Source: Octopus bimaculoides (taxonomy: Eukaryota). From it: a stretch of 64,000 nucleotides of DNA. Location: assembly GCF_001194135.2 (NCBI RefSeq), contig NC_068995.1, forward strand, positions 1,247,830-1,311,829. Direction: 5' to 3'. This document shows, piece by piece, positions 35,734 through 48,000 of this stretch. Position numbers and translations under genes: made by a program. How positions within the stretch are numbered: position 1 is the first letter of the stretch; each line of letters starts with the position of its first letter. Under the pieces are notes generated by a model. The model was not told the origin of the DNA, searched no databases, and saw nothing but the letters and a program-made list of their open reading frames with translations.

Positions 35734-37675
35734 ATAGTGAATGGGACTGTCTACATGTTAATGTCCAAATTTTCAAATCAATCCAATTTACACCAAAACA
35801 AAGACACAATGCAATGAGAATAACAAACTCACCCCATTTCAGTCGCATAAATTCTTTGGAAAGGTTTACTCTTCCTGAACAGAAAAAATAAGGAGAAAAA
35901 AAGAGAATAAAAGTCGCAATAACATTAACAAGAGTAAAAACAACAACAACAATAGTAACCATAAGAACATTACCTTCGGGAAACATGTGCAACCATTGAC
36001 CTGAATTCAACTGATCTAAAACAAAGTCTAAACTCTTTTGGTAAACTCCTTCCCCCCGACACACTGGCACCACACGTCCAAGACTGAAGAATAAGGAATG
36101 CCAATACTTTGTGAAGCAAATGTTGTCAGCTCCTAATGTCCATCGGATGTTCCGACCACCAATCAAATACCTCCACTTCAGGATTCCTGCAAAAGACACA
36201 CCAGATATTCCAGTTAAGCCAAGAATGGTCAATCGTTATTCAGTCAAGGGTCAGCTAAACTCTTTGTATTTTTTTTTTATTGATTTAATTAATTGGACTC
36301 TGACCATGCTGGAGCACTAAATTCAAAGGTTTTTATTTTCTTTACTGCATTTGATGGCATATTAGATGCATCATCTCAATTTCCATGGTACATATTCAGA
36401 AAAAGAAGCTTTTGGTGCATTAAAGCATTTAGTATCTAAAGCTAAGCAGCATTTCATGCAGATGTTCTGAGTTTAAATTCCACCAAAGTAAACTTTGCCT
36501 TTCTTTCTTCCAGAGTCAAGTAAGTACCAGTTGAGCATTGGAGTCATTGGAATCAACTGACCCCCTCCCCTCAAATTGCAGGCCTTATGCCAAAAGTTTG
36601 AAACCACTATTTAAAGTGATTGGCCAGTACATTATGAAAGTACCTGAATTATAGCAGGAAACATAACTTATGTCTATAAAAAGACAAGCAGAATAGCTGA
36701 ACAGAAAGCAAAAAATTCCAATAATTGGCCAAAAGTTGTGAGGGTTGGGGACAAAATTAGCTTATGGGAGGCTCAACTTTGCTTCTAGGACCTGGAATGA
36801 TTTTTTGAGACATTTTTGAGCTCAGATGACTCAACAGCAGCAACAAGAGGCAATCCCGAGTGTGATCTAGTTTTCTATCACACATCTTACCTTCCAACAC
36901 TGAGACGCACCTGCACATTCAGTCAACCACTTTGATGAAAGACACACACACACATCGATCAAGTCTCAGTTAAATATTGAAAGGGTGTCACTTACCCCAC
37001 AGGACCGGTTCATCAATACAGCTGTAATGGTTACTAACTGTGACTAAGCCTTGGTTAACTGGTCTATTCTCAATGGCATCATACAAGACATCTTTGTTGA
37101 CGATGTTGAACGAATTCAGACAATCTACAACAAAGCAAAATACAAAAAAAACCCCTCTGTATTCCTTGTCATTATCATCAAGAAATCATAGAGGGAAGTG
37201 AACAGCCTTCAACAGGGCCCAAGTCCCATCCAGGGGGTGGGGAAGTGTTGTGATCTCTGTCACCATGGAAACTGAGTCAAGCTCTGGTTTTATAACTCCT
37301 GGGACCTATTATAAAACGAAGTCTAAGAAAACTGACTTAATGAAATATTGATGCATCTTGCTGTGTCAGAAACGTAAAATAAAGGAACAAGAAGATATAA
37401 AATAATATTTCACCGTTCATATGATACATAATACACAGGTGAACCTTGTTACCTGTTACGCAGATAATCAGTTTTTTTTATTATCTTTTATCAAAACATA
37501 TTTACAAAAATACTAAACGTCGTCTTTGTATTCAAACTTAATCAGAATTATATTTATAGTTAAATAAGATTCGGGTAAAAACCTTGTGGAATGCTATGCA
37601 AAGCTCGTCCACATTTATTGGCTACTTGGGGTCATCATATAGGGAACATGCTCCTGCATACACACACACACACAC

Positions 37676-37721
<46 letters not shown>

Positions 37722-38627
37722 CATACATACATAGGCAGACAAAACTGACGTCGTTTACCTATCAGTTATTAAGTAAACAACAGTGGAGTGTGAGTGAGTA
37801 ATAGATCGGAGTGGAACATTTTTTAATGATAGGTCTACGGGATCACGACTGACCTGTGGTTAAACAACAAGTGAAATATAAGCGATAAAGTAGAGCGGAA
37901 CAACTCTGATCACAGGTCTACTGGATCAAGATTAACCTAGGGTTAAACAGTACATTTCCTTATCACCAGGCTTCTTATTTATTTAGAAACAATTGCTGGG
38001 TGACCTTCCCTCAAGACTGTTTGTTGTTTATCTCCAAGGCATCCTTAATAGAGCGGCCATATACGATCAAAAGCATTCACAGCAGGAATAATGAACTCTG
38101 GATATTATACACCGTTTTTATTTTTTCCCCTACTTTTTTTTGAGGGAGATTTAGATGCTATTTCTAACAGGTGAAGCGACTATGTAAAGCCATATTCATC
38201 GGGTCATCTTCCTATGGCATTGGAGGGCGGGGTAGAAAAGAGAAAAAAACAAACTAATAAATATATCAAAATACGATAGGGTAGGTGGGTGTAAAATTAC
38301 AAATTGAAGTTTAAATGCAGAATATAAAACTTAAGAGAAACTAGAGCTTCTTCGTGTTCAGGGAACCATTAAAACGAAAGCAATTAACCTTGTCAGGTGT
38401 TTTTCAGGTCAAAAACTATTTTGATGAGCGAGAAGTGAAAGGTTTATGATTTTTAAAATCAAAAATACAAACAACGAACGAACGCTATTCTGTCAGCATT
38501 CGATACACTTAGACAGTTATAATTATTAATAAGCCAAGTTTTAGCTCGTGTTAAGTAGGAATATAATCAAAATATTTGCTGGATCCAACTTCAAAGACAT
38601 TACACTAAATGTTTTTCAACAGTACCC

Positions 38628-38658
<31 letters not shown>

Positions 38659-39884
38659 TCCCATTATTTTACGTCCGTTCCCTTTCCTTTTGGCTATTTT
38701 GTATGGCATGGAAAATGCTTTCACTTTTTCTCCTGGACAACACCTACTTTTTGACGAGTTAAATTCCTTCGCTTTCGTGGTATCCGGAGAAAATACAGAG
38801 AAAACACTGACTGGCATTCAGAATGGTGTAAAATCAATAAACACCAGTAATCATAATGTATAGAGAGAGTAAAAGCTCATTTAAAAGATGTGAATGAATT
38901 CTCTCTCCGAACCTAAGGGGAAAAAACCGAGGTTCTAAACCATTTATTATTCCAGATATCCAAAGGATTGTCTGATATACCCCCAACATCTATAAGTTGC
39001 CTGTAGGACTCCAACGAAGTCAATAGCTTGGTTTTATTTTACAAATGGATAAAGAGGAAAGAATATTATAAAGATTTTGTCATTTTTAAATCATTAGAGA
39101 CCAAGTGTGTCTAATACCCCTAGAGGATATGGGTATCCACCTCCCTAGTTAAGAACCCCTGTTCTACTTCAAACCACGCCCTCTTAAAATTAAGAAATAC
39201 TGTTTGATGTAAACCTTTGTCAACCTGCTTAGGGAATGATAATAATGATAATAATCGGAGACGAGATGGTCATGGCACAGTGTCCTTTGATCGAGAAGCA
39301 TTTAGTTAGAGATTTGCTGAATCAGAGTTTAACCTTTACTTTCATCGGTGAATCACTCGGTTACGAGAATTAATTGTGTGTGTGTGATGGTTTTTTGTTT
39401 GTGTAAATGTTAGTGTTTAGTTTTAATACACACCATATATTTATTGTGAGTTATTGTTAATTCTGTCGTTTCATTATTCGGTCGTGTGTCGTCTGTGCTT
39501 GTAATGTTTCCGTTTATGTAAAAATGTACATTTGTTTTTGTAACACACACATAATAATGCATCACGAGACGATGGAAAGTAAGTGAAGCAAAGATCACAC
39601 GCAGGACATAATCTAAATGGCATTGAATAAGTGGACAAGTAAGAAACATGAAGAAAAGGACATGGTTTTTAGAGGAAGATTAATGGTTTGGAGTGTGGAA
39701 GGAATTGAGGGGAAACGTTTTGCGTTAAGAAAGGCAAGGACATGTCTGGAAGAAAGAGGTTATACTTAAACACACCTGTCCATAGTTTACTTGTGGATCC
39801 GACAAGAGAGAGCACGATCTTAGAAGAAATATTCCATAACCTGCTCGGTTTATTTGGAAACATCCAGATGTGGTCGACAGGCAT
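32703..39884 (-). CDS. TAZ: Tafazzin (cardiolipin-remodelling phospholipid transacylase), whole coding span, 8 exons, 262 aa
   Basis: Exons (minus): 39776-39884, 36996-37124, 35974-36186, 35833-35874, 34618-34680, 33573-33625, 33119-33196, 32703-32804. Total 789 nt, all GT-AG and in phase. HX4D motif NHYSCID, FPEG, RLKWGVGRL. Exon sizes 109/129/42/63/53/78/102 equal the human TAZ exon sizes as remembered. Confidence 0.97.
33119..33196 (-). CDS. TAZ: TAZ exon 7
   Basis: 78 nt, TVTVLIGEPIQFKSDVQQLQNAGKNA; donor GTAAGT. Confidence 0.92.
33249..33470 (+). mobile_element. SINE family A in a TAZ intron
   Basis: aaggcagtgagttggcagaatggttagcatgctgggcgaaatgcttagc...gagttcaaactc...gcctttcatcc. Confidence 0.8.
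33573..33625 (-). CDS. TAZ: TAZ exon 6
   Basis: 53 nt, GMDSILPNKKPYIPKIGK; donor GTCAGT. Confidence 0.92.
34618..34680 (-). CDS. TAZ: TAZ exon 5
   Basis: 63 nt, GVGRLIADCNNNSLVLPIWLV; donor GTGAGT. Confidence 0.93.
35833..35874 (-). CDS. TAZ: TAZ exon 4
   Basis: 42 nt, GRVNLSKEFMRLKW; donor GTGAGT. Confidence 0.93.
35974..36186 (-). CDS. TAZ: TAZ exon 3
   Basis: 213 nt, GILKWRY...ICFTKYWHSLFFSLGRVVPVCRGEGVYQKSLDF...HMFPE. Confidence 0.95.
36996..37124 (-). CDS. TAZ: TAZ exon 2 (catalytic HX4D)
   Basis: 129 nt, DCLNSFNIVNKDVLYDAIENRPVNQGLVTVSNHYSCIDEPVLW; donor GTAAGT. Confidence 0.94.
39776..39884 (-). CDS. TAZ: TAZ coding exon 1
   Basis: 109 nt, MPVDHIWMFPNKPSRLWNISSKIVLSLVGSTSKLWT (human MPLHVKWPFP...VMGLVGTYSCFWT); donor GTGTGT. 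Confidence 0.9.
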
Positions 39885-40035
39885 CTCCGTCCGGTCGGGT
39901 TTGACAAAAATCTTTACGTAAGGCGAAAACCGGTCAACCGGTGTTGATTAGTGAACTTCTACAGCATTGAAATGTTCCGCGAAGGAACACTTATATGTAT
40001 TTACGTAAACTTTCGACAAGAAAAGTAGTCCGTAA
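39885..40035 (-). promoter_or_regulatory. Putative TAZ proximal promoter / 5' UTR
   Basis: CpG-rich stretch directly upstream of the ATG; TTACGTAA at 39914-39921 and 40001-40008; tandem AACCGGT near 39928-39942. Confidence 0.5.
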
Positions 40036-41339
40036 GTTTTTACTACTGTATGGATTCTTGTTGCTTAACTTCAGTTTAAACTTAATCACACGCACAAACT
40101 CAACTGCTTTTCTTCCCGACAAAAATGTCTTGCTGTATATAGTTATGACCCATTACGTTCTGGGTTCAAATTCCGCCGAGGCCAAATTTGCCTTTCGTCT
40201 TCTCGGCGTTGATAAAATAAAGCAGCAGTCAAGTTTCCGGGATCGATTTAATCAAGTAACCCTTCACCTCCAAGTTTCTAGCATTGTACATACTTTAGAG
40301 ATGATTATTGATTTATTATTGACAAAATAAACAAATAAAATGAAACCAAACTTCGAGTTACAGGTGTACCCGTGTGGTTAAAATGATTGTTGTGTAACCA
40401 TTTGATTCTTAGGCGAAGGACATTTTTTTATGGTTTTATGCCAGATGTTGAAGAGGAGGTTTTTTTTTTGTTTTCTTTGCCTTTCTCTTGAAAGTTAGCA
40501 GGTGACCTCATTGGTGCCAGCATTACTAAGAAAAGCAGCCAGTACACACTGTGAAGTGGTTGGCATTAGGTAGGGTATCAAGCCATAGTAACCATGCCAA
40601 AGCAGGCACTGGATCTCGGTGCAGTTGCTTCGCTTATTGGTTCCTGTGAAACCATCCAAACCAATATGGAGAACAGATGTCAAATGATAATGATGACGAT
40701 TGTACTGTTGATGTTTTATTCTGTTATAATTATATGCACTCAACAGTTGTTTTTGTTTTAATATTTTCTAATTTAATACTTTGAGAGGTTATTTTGTTGA
40801 AGATGATTCCATCTTCGACTTGTTTCAGTCTTTTCACTGCGGCCATGCTGGAGCACTGCCTTGAAGAGTTTCCGGTCCAACAAATCGACCCCCAATAGTT
40901 ATCGAGTGTTGTATACTCTCAGTCTTTTTGGTCAATACCAAAATGGTGCTGCCGTGTAGCTCAATGTCAGCCCTAGCCTCACTACCACACTAAGCAACTT
41001 CTTCACACTACACAGTCCATCTGCCATCACAGTACACACGTCCTCACTACAAAATGAAACATACATCCACCTTACTGCCACATACATCCACACTACCCTC
41101 CTCAGTTCGTCTCTGTACCTACAAACCCGAAATGTATGGTCTTGTGTTTATCTTAGAAATAATTATTATTGTGATTATATTTAGTACAATCTTAAATTAA
41201 TGATAATTAGCGAATTAAAGAAACGAACGGTATTAAATATTCTCTGCATCAAATATATTAATATTCATTTAATGAAGTTCAAATATTTATTATTAAATAC
41301 ATTGACATGTATTATTTTAAATGAACGCTTAAGCAAGTG

Positions 41340-41905
41340 GAGAAGCTCCTAATTCCGAAAGTCACATTAATATCGATGTCCCCTATTAGGGACCCCGTTA
41401 GATATCAAGTTAATAACAACAGATATCCGACATATAGCTGTTTGTTGCTAATACACTTTTGTTGACAAATCTCTTTCGTGTGTCGTGTTGCATTTCGCGC
41501 GTTTCCCCTCCCTCCATCATACAGAGCTAATCTGACAGAAGACCGCATGGATAGCAATCGTAACTGAACACTTAAATTTGTTAAGTATATTGCTTAAACA
41601 GCTTTAACATTGAAATTTTTCATATTCAGATATTTTTGTTGAACTATTTTTTGCCTACTTTAATAGCTGAGAAGTTTCAGTCATTACGAAGTGATTGCGG
41701 TTCGATAAATATTGTTTGATGGCCGCTCCTTGTTAGTAATTGCCTTTATTGTTTATTTACATTTACAGGTAATGTTATCAAAAGTAAATAATGAGTGATG
41801 TTGTCTCATTTTGTGTTGCTTCACACGTTTCTTTTCGTTGCTGGTGAGGCCAGAGATTAATAATAACAGTGTGATAAACCACCCAAGGTGACAAAATACG
41901 GCGAA
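41340..41905 (+). promoter_or_regulatory. Putative POLK promoter / 5' UTR
   Basis: CpG-enriched; TATCGAT at 41371-41377; TTTCGCGC at 41493-41500; TTCGATA at 41701-41707; lies upstream of the POLK ATG. Confidence 0.5.
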
Positions 41906-42029
41906 ATGTCGTCTGGGACAGAAGAAAAGGCAGGACTTTTGTCCAGGCTGGGACTTAATGATAACAAAGCTGGAATGCAGAACTTGGACAGAGAAAAAAT
42001 CAACCAGATTATATACGAAGCTTCGAAAG
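41906..42029 (+). CDS. POLK: POLK coding exon 1 (N-clasp)
   Basis: 124 nt, [41 protein letters not shown]; donor GTGAGT; absent from the ORF track. Confidence 0.93.
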
Positions 42030-45000
42030 GTGAGTAAACTGATTTAAAAACTCTCCCCGCCCCCTTTTAACTCCATCTTCCCCTTTGACCATTCTTGTCT
42101 ATCCCTTCTTTATATTAATAACATACTGAAAATTCCATTTAGTCCCCTATTAAAATGTCAGTGTGTCTGGTACAGAACAGAAACCATTAGACACCTGTTA
42201 CTTTTCCCTTTACACTTTCCTTAATTAACCAGCGAGGAATCCTCCACGTTGTTGCTCAGCTTGCTAAATATAGCAACCAAATGTCACCTAAATCACTCAC
42301 TGCCGTCTTTAAAACGTAAGGACACATTGTAGAGTGTAGTTTTCGGTAAACTTACCCACAAAACATTCGGATGATAACAACTGGAACTCCGTGCTTCGTC
42401 AAGACTCACCACGGGCTAAACAACATCAACCCCCACCCTACAATCTTTTAACAACAAACAGAATTTCAGAAAATATGATGTTCATGTTTCCTCTAATTCT
42501 GCTTCTTAGAGCATGCTAAAGATTTCTAAAATATAAACCCATTTTACTTTATTTTATTGACTTTGGTTTGGTTTAAGTCATAAACTGCTGGGATTTGTTC
42601 TTACATAGGATGGAGTGCTGAGCACATCTTATGAAAATGAGACTACCATGCACACATAAAAAACAAAAAATGGTTAAAATCTCTTCTTAATATATGAATG
42701 GTGGCAAGTTTTACATCATCTGAAAAGTCATCAGTTGAACTATTAGTCCTCTTGCATTCTGAGTGACATTAGACCCCCAACAAGTGTCCATAAATTAAAT
42801 GCATCTATTAGGCCCTTTGATCGTAGGTGTTGTCACTTAGGGCGAAACAACAGCATTAAGTACTATTGTTTTGCATTCTGTTGTCAGGTTCAAAATATTT
42901 TGAAAATGAGAAAAAAAAAGACAAACAGGTTGATATAAAGATTGCTGAACAACAACAGAAACTTGCCAGCTTCACTGCAAAAGAGATGAACAAGGCTGAA
43001 AAAGAGGTCTGTCGTTTTTATTAATATTTTAGTGGTTTTAGTGGATGAGTGAGGTTTAAATGTACCTATGTCTGTATATTGACAGATTTGATGTGGCTTT
43101 CTATATGTGGTTTTAATTATGCTGAATATTTAATTAGCAGTTGAAGTATTAATGTCCATTCTATGCTGGATTTCTACAGAAATGAAAATCTGTAAGCTGA
43201 CCATTCTCTTTCAGGCTGATGCTCTTCTGAAGAGACTAGAAGAGAAAAGGGACCTCAGCCGAACCATTGTCCATATTGACATGGATGCTTTCTTTGCAGC
43301 AGTTGAAACGAGAGACAATCCGTCTCTCCTGGACAAACCCATGGCTGTCGGAAGTAATTACATGCTTGTGAGTTTAGATTCATAAAATATTTGTGTTGAA
43401 ATTGTGTAAGCTAGATATAGGAGTCGTGTATTGGACCAAAGTTTTAGGAATGAGAGAAATACATTTAATCATTAGATTAAAAATAATTTAGCTGTGATTA
43501 ATTCAATCCCAAGTAGGGTCTAATCAAACAAACATAATGATCAAAGACATTCCAATCATGAACATCCAGTCTTGTTTATCTAGAACTACATTATTCTATT
43601 TGCAGGCACATTGCCCAGTGGTTAAGGTGTTGGGCTTACAATCATTCAGTTGCAGGTTCAATTCCTTGACTGAGTAGCATGTTGTGTCCTTGGGCAAAGC
43701 ACTTCCTCTCATGTTTTACCAGTTTACCAGAGATGACTGGCATTCCTTTCAGCAGGTTGTCTTGCCCTCTCAGCTTAAACACCATCAAAATCCAGACAAG
43801 GTTCTCACCTCATGAGCCTTTAGGCTTGAAGGGCTGACTTTGTCCAATATATCCTTTCTTTTATTTTTAAGACTGGGTTTGAACAGGATTAAGGATTACA
43901 AGATATATCTTTTTTTCTTGCTGTTTTGTTCTTTTTTGTCAAGAAATACATTTATTTTCTATATAGATTTATTGTTTTTCTTTTCTGTATTTCTTTTCTC
44001 AAGTCAACTTCTAACTACATTGCTCGTCGTTTTGGAGTGCGAGCTGCAATGCCAGGTTTCATTGCTAAAAAGTTGTGCCCTCAGTTGGTGATAGTTCCTC
44101 AGAACTTTGCTCAGTACGCAGCTGTCAGTAAAGAAGTCAAAGACGTACTTGTTAAATATGACAAACATTTTTGTCCAATCAGCTTCGATGAGGCTTACTT
44201 AGACATCACAGAACATTTGAACCTTCGTAAGACATTCCCTAAAGAGAAACGAACTGTTCAATGCCGTACCTGTGACCGATTAGATCCACATTATTGCTCT
44301 TGTGATCCAAATAAGTCTGATTGTGAATCAACAGAAAATGAAGATCTGAACTTTGTTCAAGATAAGGAAACACCAAGTGCTGATCAGCTCTGCTTCCAAG
44401 AACAAGACAGAAGTAATTTACTACGAATAGAAGACCCTACATTAGTAAAGGGACAAGATCTTAAAATGTGTCCTTTGTGTAAACGAGAAGTGCCTAATTA
44501 CAGAGAAGAAGTATTTGGTGTGTCAGCAGAAGAGGCTGTTAGAGAAATCCGACGTAAGATTGAACAAAGAACTCAGTTGACTGCAAGTGCTGGTGAGTAA
44601 ACTAATGGATCCACATTTTTTAAAAAATGGTGTTATTTGATTTTCTTTTTCTTTTTAGTCAGTCTTCTTAAACCTGGCATCAAAAACAATAAAAATTGTG
44701 ATAACCTGTTCATGCCATCGTTTTGTTTAATTCCTGTTTTTCCCCAGGATTTCGGCAGGAATAAATTGAGGCAAAGATTTTAGGGTTTCTGCTGCTGGAT
44801 GACCTTCCTATTAATTCTTACAAAATATAAATTTTACCTCACAAATTGTGACTGTCGCTGAAACAAGATGTAGATGGGAATTGATTAACATTATTGCCTA
44901 AATATAGCATAAATGAATACAAAGACCTAGTTTTCAGTGATGGGCCTGTTTTTTTCTTTTGTTTTTTTTTTTGTGGTTTAGAGAAAGTGGTTGTATAATA

Positions 45001-48000
45001 AAACAACTGACGTAGGCCATGATGACTTGTCTAATACATGCAGACATACAATGATGATGATATATAAATATTCATGGCTTTTTCTGTTCTTGTTTTTTCA
45101 GGAATTGCTGCCAACACTTTACTGGCCAAAATTTGTTCAGATAAAAACAAGCCCAACGGTCAGTTCAGTCTCCCTCACATTACACATGTTATCAAAGATT
45201 TCATCACTGACCTTCCGATAAGAAAAGTTAGTAACTTTACCTCTTCAACATTTTTTTGTCATCACAAAAAGCAACAGTCTTATCTTCTGCTACGTCCTCC
45301 AATCTCTCTCTTTCTCTCTCATTTCCTTATCTCTTCCTTCTGTTCTAATCTCTCTTTGTTTTCTTTTTTTCCCCCTTCCTTTTATTATGCTTTAATGTGT
45401 CTTGCAGTACCATTTCCCTATCAACACTTTGTCCTGGAGCTGTGCCCTTTCAAAGACATGCCATATGAAAAATGTTCTTGTTTCAAAAAACAGATAAAGG
45501 TTCATGGTAGGAAAGACATCCAGCTGCAAAGCAGTACTTCAGCAAGATGTACTCATCTAACCCATGCCTGCATGGAAAATTGGATGTAAATACTAATGAA
45601 ATATATTATAAGAACTCTGTCAGTGGGTTAGCTAAAGGTGTGCTGTCACTCGGCCCAGGTGAACCATGCAGCTGATTGGAACTCAACTAAACCCAACATT
45701 ATATACATATGTACGTGAAATATATATACACACACACACGCCATGTGAAAAAGTTGTTTTATTGTGTGTTTTTTTTTTGTTTTTAATTCAGGTCTCTGGT
45801 ATTGGCAAAGTGACAGAGAAAATGCTGCAAGCCATTGATATTGTTACCTGTTCCCAGTTGTATGAACAACGATCTTTACTCTATCTCTTGTATTCTGAAA
45901 CTTCTTTCAAGCACTTCATGTCTATCGCTCTCGGCATTGGTTCAACTCGTGTCGAAAGGTTGGTAAAGAAGGTTTTCTTGCATTTTTCTTTTTAAAGATG
46001 AATTTTGCACAATTCAGTTGGAAGCAAAAATCACAGAGGTTTTTAGATCTTTTTGCATTAATTTATGTGAGAGAATCAGATCTGGTAAATGATTTAGTTG
46101 GGGAAATATACACACACTGTAAAATCTGGGCTAAATTCTTGTCATTCTGGTATGAGAAAGTGAATTTCAAGTCTCGCAGAAACACACACACACATTTCAT
46201 ATATTCCTCACATCAACAGTTTCATTTTTGTGTGGGTTAACTGTCACATTTTCTCAAATCAGGAACATTTCATTTTAATTGAATACTTGTTGATAACAAT
46301 TCTTCTGGATTATCTAATTCAAACATAGATAAATCCATTTGTGCCAAACAGCACGAAAAGAGGAATTCTCAAAGCCAATGGATCAGCAAAGAAGCCACTC
46401 TGTTGTGACTCAAGTTAGCATTTAATCCAGCCATATCTGGCCTAAATATTCTTCCTGTTTTGTATTAAAAGTGACCAGATCCAGCCCCTCACACCTACCC
46501 TACAATGTAATTCTGAAAGCAAAAAATTCACATCATGAAAATCTCTTGAAGCGATGAGATAGAATGCCTGATTAATTGAAAACAATGTGAATAAATAAGC
46601 AGAACATTTGACAGAGGAATCAGAATGCTGAAGGGTTAAAGAGGTCTCTTTGGGGGTCACTTCATCCATCTAAGGCTGTGATCTCTTGACCTGATAGCAA
46701 TAGCAGCAAAACCTCTTTCAAATCTCACTGCTTGAACCCTTTTGATATTCCACCCCCCAACACTGAGTTCTTTGATGCAAACTTCCTGTTTTAAAGTGAT
46801 CCGATTCCATGTTTATTTATATTTCAGGCACCAGTTTAATAAGAAAATGATTTTAATAAACTCTTCAACATGATTGAAATGATTTGAAACAAAGGCAATG
46901 GATTTCAACAGGAATATGATAAGGAAAATTGTTAAAATGGGAAGGTTGCACGGGATATTGTGTTTGTGGTTGGACCCTGCCTGATAAAAAAAAAAAAAAT
47001 AGTGTGATTTGGGCTGAAACACCTCTGATCAAAATTTACGTAATAAAGGGCTGATTTGGAGTTAAACAAGAACAACTAGAAATAACTTCAACCTTTTTCT
47101 TGCCATATTTTTCTGTTGAAATTAATTTTTCTGCTTTTGTTTCAGTTAATTTTGAAAATAATGAAGAATGTGGTAAACTTTGCCATTATTGAACTGGTGT
47201 CTGGAACATAAATTAACGTGGAATTTTGATGGAAGATTTAAATTTAGATAATTTTAAAACAAGAAGCTGATACCATAGAATGAGTGGTGGTGGAGGGCCT
47301 CAGGCCAGTTGCTGTCAAAAGGGTTAAATATAAAATGGTTTTAACAAAGTGAAATCTTTTTTTTTCTAAGAAAAACTATTTTTTTATGTTTCTTGTTTTT
47401 CTTTAGTGATGGTGATAGAAAAAGCTTGAGTACTGAACAGTAAGTTTTATATTTTTGATCATTCAACAAACTCAAAACCATAGATGCTGGGGTAGGAATT
47501 TCACAGCAAGACTAAATATACATGGATGTAGGTCATCATCATCATCATTTGGTGTCTGTCTTTCATGCTGGCATTGTTTGGATGGTTTGACAGAATCTGA
47601 TGGACTGTCTCTAGGGTCGGATGCCCTTCTTAACACCAACCCCTTTATAGCATGTGCTGGGTGCATTTTTTTGTGGCACCAGCACTAGTGAGGTGACCAT
47701 GCAGCTTGCAAGAGCAAGAACCCCATCCCTTTGGGATTATGAGAAAGAAAAGAAGGTGACCTGATGCTTAAAGACGAGAGGTTACAGTACGAAAGAAGGG
47801 GTCAGAGAATCCATGCTCCCTTGGTACTTATTGGATTGGTTTTGTTGGCTCTGGTACCTGACTGGCTTCTCTTTTATTGACTTCCTGGAAGGAGGTAGAG
47901 CAGAGCTAAACCACTGCAAGATACAAACTCGAAACCAAAGGAACATAGCTAAATGCCAATCGATTGCCATATCAAGACATATTAGCACATACCTCCATCT

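Noticed and set aside
37808-37949. Two diverged ~58-bp direct repeats (aggtctac.ggatca.ga.t.acct..ggttaaaca)
   Set aside because: They look like two copies of a common retroposon tail in TAZ intron 1, not a regulatory array. They are not CRISPR-like, and the DNA is eukaryotic.
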